Below are positions 8,801-15,523 of a stretch of DNA of 64,000 nt, in pieces (the first letter of the stretch is position 1; each line of letters starts with the position of its first letter). The stretch covers positions 2,390,901-2,454,900 of the forward strand of contig OZ244866.1 of assembly GCA_965221185.1 (NCBI GenBank). The letters are read 5' to 3'. This DNA is from Candidatus Aldehydirespirator sp. (GTDB taxonomy: Bacteria > Actinomycetota > Acidimicrobiia > Acidimicrobiales > Aldehydirespiratoraceae). A model generated the notes under the pieces. The model was not told where the DNA came from and searched no databases. It saw only the letters and a list, made by a program, of their open reading frames with translations. Made by a program: the position numbers and the translations under genes.

Positions 8801-11379
8801 CGGGGCGGGCGGTTTCGTTCATCGCCGCGGGAGTTCTGCTTCTGGTCGTCGGATACCTGGCGCCCGTCGCGCCCGGGGTGCGGGCGGACACAGGGACACA
8901 ATTCGACGTCGACAGTGGCGACTGGCTGTTGGACTGGCTGACCGCCGGCAACTGGCCGGCGAGGGTCGGCGTGGTGGTCTCATCGGTGGGAGCCGGACTG
9001 CTGTTGACGGAGGACGCCGGGAGGGACCTGCTCGAGTCATCGATCGAGACCCGCCTCGCGGCGGTGACCGCGGCCAGTGCGGTGCTGCTTGCGATCGGAT
9101 GGCTCCAGCGGCGGGCCCGGCCGGTGTTCGGGCTGAGCCTGCAGGGCGGAGGGATCGCCCTGCTGCACATCGCCGTCTATGCGGGGTACCCGGTCCACGG
9201 CGTGTTCGGGGCTGCGCCGGCCGGCGCAGCGGTGGTCGTGGTGACCGCGGGGGCGGTGGTGCTGTCGGTCGTGCAGGACTCCCGTGTGCTGGCCGTGCTC
9301 GCCACCGTGGGCGGGTTCCTGGCGCCGGTGCTGACCTACACGAACTCCGACGATCACCTCCTGTTGTTCGGCTTCTACGCCATCTTGAGCGCGGCCGTCG
9401 TCACGGTGGCGTGGTTCAAGGCCTGGCCCGAACTCAACCTGCTGGGCCTGGTGTCCACCTTCGGCATCGCGGCCTGGTGGCTGCAGTTCCGCTTCGATCC
9501 CGACGACTGGGTGGCCGTGCAGCCCCTCATCGCCGTGCTGGTGCTGCTCTACATGTCGATTCCGGCGATCTCGGCCCGGCGGCGCGCCGCCGAGATGCAC
9601 GAGGCGTGGATGCACCCGCTGGTGTTCGGCACCCCGTTCTTCGCGCTGGGCATCCAGCAGCTGCTGGTGGGCCATGTCGACTACGGGCTGGCCATCAGCG
9701 CCGCTGCACTGGCAGTCATTCTGGGCGCGCTGTTGGCGGTCGTCCGCGGCCTGGGCGAGGGCAGCCGCGAGCTGACGGCCACCTACGCCGGCCTGAGCAC
9801 GGCGTTCGTCGCCATCGCGGTCCCGTTGGCACTCGACGGCCCCTACGGGGCCACGGTGTGGTCCGCTCAAGGCGCCCTGCTGGTGTGGATCGGCTGCCGG
9901 CGGGGCCGGTTGCTGCCCATCGCCGGGGGCGGTGTCCTTCAGGCTCTGGCCGGGGGCTGGTTCGCGGTCCGGCTGGCGGAGTCAGTGCCCTATGAGCCCT
10001 CTGTCGCGGTGGTTGTCAACGAGTTCCTGCTTGCCGCGGCGGTGCTGGCGGTGGCCGGCCTGGTGACGGGATGGCGGATGCACCTGGCCTCTGAGCGGGT
10101 CGGCATCACCGCCGCCGCCGGGTGGCCAGTCCTGGCGTGGGGCACGGCCTGGTGGCTGACCGGCGGCCTGGTCGAGATCGGCTCGCAGATCCCCGAGCAC
10201 TGGCTGCCGGCGTCGATGGTCTTTGTGGTGGCCTCATCCGCGGCGGCGGTGGCGGCGACCGGCCCGTTGCGATGGCCCCGCCTGGACGCGCTCGGATTGC
10301 TGATCCCGCCGGCGTTGGTGGCTGCGGTGATCGTCGCGCTCGCCACCCAGGACCACCCCCTCGACCGCTTCGGCTGGGCCGCATGGCCGGTCTCAATAGC
10401 GATCTTCTACGGATGCCTGGGCCCGCGCGAGCAGGCGTTGGGGAGGCTGGCCGCCCGGTGGCACACCAGCCTGTACGGAGATCCGCCGGTCTCCGGCACA
10501 GCCCGCGGGCCGATTCCGCTTGCGGCCTGGCTGCACGCCGCCGGCTTCTGGATGTTGACGGTGATCGTCGTGGCGGAGGTTCTCTGGCAGCTCGACCAGG
10601 TTGCCGAGGGCATCTGGCCGCTGGTTGTGACGGCGGCGGCTGCCATGGCGCTGGCGGCCGCGCCGATGGCCGCTCGACGCTGGCTGGCCTGGCCGTTCGA
10701 TGTGCACAGGCGGTCGTACACGCTGGCCTGCAGCGGCCCGCTCCTATTGGCGCTGTCGGTGGTGGTGCTCGGTGCCGCTGTGTTCTCCGACGGCGACCCG
10801 TCGCCGCTCCTGTTCCTGCCGGTGGCTAATCCGCTGGGCGTTCTGGTCGGGATGCAGTTGGTGGTGCTGCTAGCTTGGAGGAGGCAGGCCGAAGAGCAGT
10901 GGGACCATCCGTTCCAGGGGCTGGTCGATGCCCGCTGGTCGCCGACGCTGTTCGTGCTAGGCGTGATCATGACCACCGCAGAGACGGCCCGGGCGGTGCA
11001 TCACTGGCTCGACGTGTCGTGGGACCTGGAGTCGCTGTGGGAGTCCAATGCACTGCAGACGTCGCTGTCGATCCTGTGGGCCGTGATCGGCCTGTCGGGG
11101 ATGGTGGCCGGTGTGCGCATGGTCCGCCGTGCGGTGTGGGTGGCGGGAGCGTCGTGGATGGCGGTGGTGGTGGTCAAGCTGTTCCTGGTGGATCTCCGCA
11201 ACCTGACCGCGCTGGGCCGCGTCGTGTCGTTCATCGTGGTGGGGGTGCTGCTGCTGATCGTCGGCTACCTGGCCCCGGTGCCCCCGGCCGCACCCGACGA
11301 GCCGGAAGAGCCCAGCGAGGATCCCGCTCCTGACGAGCCGGCAACTCCCGAGCAACCCGCCCCCAGCGGGGAGCGATAA
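5878..11379 (+). CDS. DUF2339-type polytopic membrane protein, tandemly duplicated (two ~780-aa modules)
   Basis: N-terminal TM plus coiled segment, then a P/T/A/E-rich linker. Two modules (about 6562-8880 and 8929-11283) each start W(I/L)T(T/A)GN.P.(K/R)VGV and each end LT..GR.VSFI..GVLLL.VGYLAPV. TTG start. Confidence 0.7.
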   Translation: MQNTFVTVLATVMGALLGAALGGLPGFFIGGLLGFVVTREMSLRDQRQSLKDAEARLAQLRAWATEMKAWSEQAYARMSSLEDSEESMDPQPGTDTTPDTDTIPDTDTQQGVPARPEPVPRPVASEPQAAARVDIPAPETPAPPDPATRAPHPAEPTPAQPTPTEATPAQPTPAEPAPARAEATWASEPVSPTAAAGSWSDDVDAGEPARGAPPRQPLAPIARLVGAAKEWITTGNAPVKVGVLVSLIGVGLLLREASRRGVVNITLEMRLIAVALFGLALLAIGWRLRRKNPVYGVSLQGGGVAVLYLTTYASFGVYDVLPVAPAAVAVIAVTVGAGLLSVTQDSPPLAVLGIIGGFLAPVLTYTSPHDHVWVFGFYAVLSATIVAVAWYKTWPLLNLLGLGFTFGIAAFWLWRRFDEDKWADVQPLIGVLILLYLAIPVLFAIREAPDLRRPSTAPLVFGTPLLGFGLQYLAVGHTDHGMAISAAALALVHGVLAAVAHRLGRECRSLAEANVGLGITFAVIAVPLAFDAHLTAVVWAAQGGLLVWIGCRRIRVPAVVAGGFLQVVAAAVFLRHLLESLPYPQDALPVANEFFLGSAVLAGTGLMTGRMVHGLRGRVRVDAAVPWIALVWGSSWWIASGLAEIGYQLTAHRLSVSLCFVVLSFGAASLLADRVRWPHLHALGVAIGPTLWLAAPVSLISQELHPLDRFGWAAWPVSFAVFYWFLRSAERRFLRAGKDRFRLLAGVLHAGAYWLLAVLAVSEVYWQIDRTAEDVWLIVAPAAAGAALAAAALLGGRWLRWPLLAHRSVYLSACAGPTLLLAGAAVAVSCLVSAADPSPLPYLPLLNPLIVLLAALAWLGSRWVTAVRPEWEEPTTGEGPPVRALAIAAGGVAVATMELARTIHHWWDVPWDPAALVDSTAFGASLSILWTLIAVAAMVVGARSGRRAVWVWGGWWMAVVLVKLLAVDLNNLTAPGRAVSFIAAGVLLLVVGYLAPVAPGVRADTGTQFDVDSGDWLLDWLTAGNWPARVGVVVSSVGAGLLLTEDAGRDLLESSIETRLAAVTAASAVLLAIGWLQRRARPVFGLSLQGGGIALLHIAVYAGYPVHGVFGAAPAGAAVVVVTAGAVVLSVVQDSRVLAVLATVGGFLAPVLTYTNSDDHLLLFGFYAILSAAVVTVAWFKAWPELNLLGLVSTFGIAAWWLQFRFDPDDWVAVQPLIAVLVLLYMSIPAISARRRAAEMHEAWMHPLVFGTPFFALGIQQLLVGHVDYGLAISAAALAVILGALLAVVRGLGEGSRELTATYAGLSTAFVAIAVPLALDGPYGATVWSAQGALLVWIGCRRGRLLPIAGGGVLQALAGGWFAVRLAESVPYEPSVAVVVNEFLLAAAVLAVAGLVTGWRMHLASERVGITAAAGWPVLAWGTAWWLTGGLVEIGSQIPEHWLPASMVFVVASSAAAVAATGPLRWPRLDALGLLIPPALVAAVIVALATQDHPLDRFGWAAWPVSIAIFYGCLGPREQALGRLAARWHTSLYGDPPVSGTARGPIPLAAWLHAAGFWMLTVIVVAEVLWQLDQVAEGIWPLVVTAAAAMALAAAPMAARRWLAWPFDVHRRSYTLACSGPLLLALSVVVLGAAVFSDGDPSPLLFLPVANPLGVLVGMQLVVLLAWRRQAEEQWDHPFQGLVDARWSPTLFVLGVIMTTAETARAVHHWLDVSWDLESLWESNALQTSLSILWAVIGLSGMVAGVRMVRRAVWVAGASWMAVVVVKLFLVDLRNLTALGRVVSFIVVGVLLLIVGYLAPVPPAAPDEPEEPSEDPAPDEPATPEQPAPSGER

Positions 11380-11406
11380 CCCTGGCCGAGCCCGCCTGCT
11401 AGGGCC

Positions 11407-12276
11407 TCAGCCCGTGCGGGCTGCGCTGAGCAGCGCTCGGATCGAGGTCGCTGCCTCGCTGCCGTCGTCGCACGCCTGGGCCCAGCCGGACGCATCGGCG
11501 CCGAAGTTGGCGTCCTCCATGGTGGCCGAGGCGCCCCGGTCGAGCAGGTGCCGGACCATGTCGGACCGCTGGAACTGGATGGCAAAGTGCAGCGCGGTCG
11601 TGTTCTGGTATGGCCGCGCGTCGATGTCCGCCCCGGCGTCGAGGAGATAGTCGACGACGTCTCGACGAATGTTGAGCGCCGCGAACACGAAGGCCTCGCC
11701 CAAGATCTCGGCCGGATCGTCGGTCGGCGGCGCGCCGGCAGGCCGTCCCACATCGGCCCAGTTGGGACGGCACGGACCGGGATCGGCCAGCAGCGACCCG
11801 TCGGGCGCGACCCAGTCCCGAACCTCCTCCAGCAGCCCCGCGGCCGCGGCCAACCAAAGCGTGGGCCGGTGCAGGCCGTGTGCGACCAGCACGTCGGCGG
11901 CCTCGGTGGAGCTGTGCATTGCGGCGGACTCCAACGGCGTGATCCCAGCGTCGGCCCGGGCCGCGGGGTCGGCACCAGCAGCCAGGAGCTGCGTGCAGAG
12001 ATCGGCCAGGTTCCAGCACCCGGCAAGGTTCAGGGCCCGATCCAGATCAGCGCCGGCGCCGATGAGCGCGTCGACCATCTCAGGCGACGGCGGCCCACCC
12101 TCGGGCTGCGTCATCAGCTCAAGCATCGTGTCGTCGCCAACCTTGAGGTTCACCACCCCCGGATCAGCTTCAAGAGCCGCCCGCAGCCCATCAACGTCGC
12201 CGGTCAGGAGCGCATGCAAAGCCGGCTGCACCCGCTCATCGTCGTTCTCAGCCACGTCGCTGTAGCGCCACGCCAA
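11407..12276 (-). CDS. Ankyrin-repeat protein
   Basis: Repeats of the T.L..A......v..LL..GA type: TPLESAAMHSSTEAADVLVAHG and TALHFAIQFQRSDMVRHLLDRGAS. The apparent start is TTG, 3 nt after the stop of the upstream small ORF. Confidence 0.6.
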   Translation of the reverse strand: MAWRYSDVAENDDERVQPALHALLTGDVDGLRAALEADPGVVNLKVGDDTMLELMTQPEGGPPSPEMVDALIGAGADLDRALNLAGCWNLADLCTQLLAAGADPAARADAGITPLESAAMHSSTEAADVLVAHGLHRPTLWLAAAAGLLEEVRDWVAPDGSLLADPGPCRPNWADVGRPAGAPPTDDPAEILGEAFVFAALNIRRDVVDYLLDAGADIDARPYQNTTALHFAIQFQRSDMVRHLLDRGASATMEDANFGADASGWAQACDDGSEAATSIRALLSAARTG

Positions 12277-12279
12277 GGC

Positions 12280-12492
12280 TCATTCCGTTACCACGCCCCA
12301 AGCCTCAACTTCGTCCCAGAAGCTGTCCGGCTCCTCGGGAGTGCGTTGGTACGCGGCTCGATCCGAGAGTCCCATGGCGCGCTTCACCGCCGCGGCCGCA
12401 CCGTCATGTGCGGCCGCGCTCACATCGATGTTGAGCTTCCGGGCGATCTCAGCCAGCTCACTGTCCAGAGCGAAGGTGATCTGTGTCGACAC
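12280..12492 (-). CDS. Small RHH / CcdA-like antitoxin-type protein
   Basis: 70 aa. The N-terminus QITFALDSELAEIARKLNIDVSAAA resembles the N-terminus of CcdA-family antitoxins as recalled. The C-terminus is acidic. Confidence 0.35.
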   Translation of the reverse strand: MSTQITFALDSELAEIARKLNIDVSAAAHDGAAAAVKRAMGLSDRAAYQRTPEEPDSFWDEVEAWGVVTE

Positions 12493-12666
12493 AATCCATT
12501 AATCCAATCACTTCTGAATCAACGCTAGGCGAGCCGGGCTTCTGTTCCGCGCCTCGGCTCAGGCAGAGGGGTAGCGTCGGGTCTGCAATCGGATTCCACG
12601 GCGCGGAGGGTCCGTGGAGTCCCATATCGCCTGTGCGGTCCGGCTAGCGAGAGCATCGGAGACGGC

Positions 12667-13815
12667 ATGACAGACGTGTACCTCGATTACAACGCCTCGG
12701 CGCCGCTCGATCCCAGGGTGTTCGAGGCGATGGTGCCGGTGCTGTCAGGCGAAGTGGGAAACGCTTCCTCGGTGCACCGGTTCGGCCGCCGCCAGGCCGC
12801 GGCGGTGAACGAGGCCCGTGAGCACGTTGCGGCACTAGTGGGTGGGCGGCCGGCAGGGGTCGTCTTCACCGCGGGCGCAACAGAGGCCAACAACTTGGCT
12901 CTGCGGGGCGCGGTGGAGGCTGCCCCCGCAGGCCGGAAGCGGATGCTGGTGTCGGCAGTGGAGCACGCTTCGGTGGGCCGCACGGCGCGCTGGTTGGCCG
13001 ACTGCGGCCTAGTCAAGCTGGACGTGATCGGTGTGACCGCGGGCGGCCTCGTGACGCCCGACGCTGTGGAGGACCTGGTCGGGGACGACGTGGTGCTGGT
13101 GTCGGTGATGGCAGCCAACAGCGAGACCGGTGTGCTTAACCCAGTGGGCGAAATCGCCGAACGGGTGCGAGCCACGGGGGCACTGTTTCACTGCGACGCC
13201 ACCCAGATGGCGGGCCGCCTGCCGTTCGACATGGAGGCACTGGGGGCGGACCTGGTGTCGGTCAGCGGCCACAAGATCTGCGGACCGGGCGGGGTCGGCG
13301 CCCTGGTGGGCTCCCGCCATGCCTTGCAGAGGCTGGCGCCGGTGATCCACGGCGGTGGTCACGAGCGAGGCCTGCGCTCGGGCTCACTTAACGTCGGCGG
13401 GATTGTCGGGCTGGGCACCGCGGCACGCATCGCCGCCGACGAGCGGGAGTCGGAGTCGGCCAGGGTGAAGGTCCTGCGCGACCGACTGGTGGCCGAGTTA
13501 GAGGCAAGGCTTACCGGCGTGCGTCAGAACGGAGACCGGTCGAGACGGCTGTCGAACACAGCCAGCATCCACTTCGACGGCGCCGACGCCGAGGCGGTCA
13601 TGTCCAACATGGACCCCGTAGCCGTGTCCACCGGCAGCGCCTGCAGCGCCGGGTCGATCGAGCCGTCGGAGGTGCTGACAGCCATGGGCCTGTCCCGCGA
13701 CGCCGCCTTCGAGTCGGTGCGCTTCAGTCTCGGCCGCTTCACCACCGAAGCCGACATCGACGCGGCTGTGGAAAGCGCCGTCGGCGCCGTAGAGCGCGTC
13801 CGCGCCATGACCTGA
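12667..13815 (+). CDS. Cysteine desulfurase (class V aminotransferase; IscS/NifS/DndA type), candidate SspA/DndA partner
   Basis: PLP-lysine motif SVSGHKICGPGG and active-site loop STGSACSAGS. It lies 0.7 kb upstream of the sspBCD-like genes. Confidence 0.8.
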   Translation: MTDVYLDYNASAPLDPRVFEAMVPVLSGEVGNASSVHRFGRRQAAAVNEAREHVAALVGGRPAGVVFTAGATEANNLALRGAVEAAPAGRKRMLVSAVEHASVGRTARWLADCGLVKLDVIGVTAGGLVTPDAVEDLVGDDVVLVSVMAANSETGVLNPVGEIAERVRATGALFHCDATQMAGRLPFDMEALGADLVSVSGHKICGPGGVGALVGSRHALQRLAPVIHGGGHERGLRSGSLNVGGIVGLGTAARIAADERESESARVKVLRDRLVAELEARLTGVRQNGDRSRRLSNTASIHFDGADAEAVMSNMDPVAVSTGSACSAGSIEPSEVLTAMGLSRDAAFESVRFSLGRFTTEADIDAAVESAVGAVERVRAMT

Positions 13816-13851
13816 TCAGCCGAGGCCCGGCTCGCCGAGTTGTGTGAGCGG

Positions 13852-14037
13852 CTAGGCGGACTCGGGTGGAGGAGACGGGAACGCGAGCCTGAGAACGCGC
13901 TCGCTCTCGGCCTCATCGTAGGCATCCGCCATCCGGCGCATCCTCTCCCGCTCCTCCTTGGTCGGAGGCCGCGGCGGCACCGAAAAGTCCAGCTTGAACA
14001 CGAGGCGCTGGGGACCAAAGACGGGAATGAACTTCAT
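13852..14037 (-). CDS. Small hypothetical protein (61 aa)
   Basis: A GAGGAGGAA RBS precedes the ATG. The ATG overlaps (ATGA) the stop of the C-terminal frame of the upstream DUF3467-like gene. Confidence 0.4.
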   Translation of the reverse strand: MKFIPVFGPQRLVFKLDFSVPPRPPTKEERERMRRMADAYDEAESERVLRLAFPSPPPESA

Positions 14038-14326
14038 GATAGTTCCTCCTCATCAGGGGGGCGTGATGTGAACCTACCATATTCTTCCTCAAACTGGGCG
14101 ACGTGGTTGGATATCTGCTGGGCCAGTTCCCATGCCACCGTGGCGGAAGCTTCATCCATGCGACGTAAACCGCGTCCGGCAGTTGCGCCCCCTCGCGAAG
14201 CGACACGGCGAACTCCAAGGTGAACTCCAAGCCGGTGTGCCAGACGCTCACAACGTTGGCGTGCACGGCGCCGAGGGGAACGGAGCCGTCCACACGGATA
14301 CTCGGCGTTGAGTCACCAGATGACAT
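14034..14326 (-). pseudogene. DUF3467-like gene split by a frameshift near 14156-14164
   Basis: The N-terminal frame gives IRVDGSVPLGAVHANVVSVWHTGLEFTLEFAV. A second frame, offset by 2 nt, gives RMDEASATVAWELAQQISNHVAQFEEEYGRF and stops at 14034-14036. Together they resemble one DUF3467-type protein as recalled. Confidence 0.5.
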
Positions 14327-14494
14327 CGAAAGATATCCGATCTACCAAGACGAGGGCGAAGCGACACCTCGCGCCGCCGCGGCGCTGGACCCCACCCTCC
14401 ACCGCGGACGCGACCGCCGCGGCTGCGGTGCCGGGGGCGTCCTAGCTGCTGACTATGTTGAAGGCATGACCGAAGGGACTGCGGGGGCTGGCCG

Positions 14495-15523
14495 ATGAGG
14501 CTGGCGGACATGGCCGAGCGCTCGTTCGCCCGCCATGAGACGTTCCATCCCCGCTACGGCTGGTTCCGCAAGGCCTACGCCTTCGTCGCTGACGAGGGGA
14601 ACGACTTCAACCAGGAGGACGCCCCCATCATTATCGGCGTGGGCAAGAACATGGTGCGGGCTATCCGCTTCTGGGGCCTAGCCGCGAAGCTGATCGTCAG
14701 GGGCCAGCAATCACGGAAACCTCGAACGCCGAGTCTCGATCCCACCCGGCGCGGCCGCGCTCTCTTCGGCGAACAGGGATGGGATCCCTACATGGAGGAT
14801 CCCGGAACGCTCTGGCTGCTGCACTGGTTGCTGCTAGCACCCCCCACCCAACTTCCGGTGTGGTGGCTTGCTCTCAACGAGTTTCACGCCGTCGAATTCG
14901 AAGATGCTGACCTTGAGGAGGCCATCAGCACTCACCTGGAAGCTGTAGCAACGTGGAAGCCGCCCCACCCGTCGTCGGTCAAGAAGGACATCAGCGCACT
15001 GGTTCGCACATATGCGCCAGCGCCTCGATCCGACCGCGCCGGCATCGACGACGTCTTGGACTGCCCGCTACGCGAGTTGAACTTGCTGGGGCGCTCGGCC
15101 GCGACAGGCAAGTACCGGTTCACGCTTGGGCCGAAGCCGACGCTGCCCTCGGCAATCGTTGCGCATGCCGTGCTCGACTACATCGACCGTACCGGCACCG
15201 GCGGGAACACGGCCACCCTAAGCCGCCTCGCCCACGAGTCCGGCGCCCCCGGCCGGGCGTTCAGGCTCACCGAAGCCGAGTTGCTCGCCGCACTACAACC
15301 CACGGTGGAGCGCAATCGCGCCTTGAGCCTCGCGACTCCGGCGGGTGTGGCGCAGCTCGCCTGGTCAGGGGAACCCGCGGCTATCGCCACAACGATCCTC
15401 GACGACTACTACGGGACATCCGCAACCGAGGTCTGCTCGGGGTGCATTGGCGACGTGTCCGTCGGCAACCGCCGCGCTGTGGGGGCCATGAGCCGAGTTC
15501 GCTCCGCCGCGGGAGTTCGATGA
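14495..15523 (+). CDS. sspB: DUF4007-family protein, SspB-like
   Basis: The N-terminal FARHETFHPRYGWFRKAY signature matches the DUF4007 family as recalled. It is followed by a large ATPase and a PAPS-reductase-like gene, as in Ssp loci. Confidence 0.75.
   Translation: MRLADMAERSFARHETFHPRYGWFRKAYAFVADEGNDFNQEDAPIIIGVGKNMVRAIRFWGLAAKLIVRGQQSRKPRTPSLDPTRRGRALFGEQGWDPYMEDPGTLWLLHWLLLAPPTQLPVWWLALNEFHAVEFEDADLEEAISTHLEAVATWKPPHPSSVKKDISALVRTYAPAPRSDRAGIDDVLDCPLRELNLLGRSAATGKYRFTLGPKPTLPSAIVAHAVLDYIDRTGTGGNTATLSRLAHESGAPGRAFRLTEAELLAALQPTVERNRALSLATPAGVAQLAWSGEPAAIATTILDDYYGTSATEVCSGCIGDVSVGNRRAVGAMSRVRSAAGVR

Noticed and set aside
6471-9995. 1174-aa plus-strand ORF and several long minus-strand ORFs inside the DUF2339 gene
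   Set aside because: Extreme Arg/Gly/Pro/Ala composition, no motifs, and complete overlap with a frame that shows membrane-protein periodicity and internal duplication. These are typical high-GC shadow ORFs.
12667-13815. Calling the cysteine desulfurase sspA outright
   Set aside because: It is an ordinary IscS/NifS-type sequence separated from sspBCD by an oppositely oriented gene pair. Linkage is suggestive, but a housekeeping role cannot be excluded, so no gene symbol is assigned.
14953-15519. N-terminal 189 codons of the 1346-aa tracked ORF
   Set aside because: They overlap the DUF4007 gene in another frame and are Arg/Pro/Gly-rich, as typical of off-frame GC-rich translation. An ATG in an ATGA overlap at 15520 gives a sensible start just before the Walker A region.
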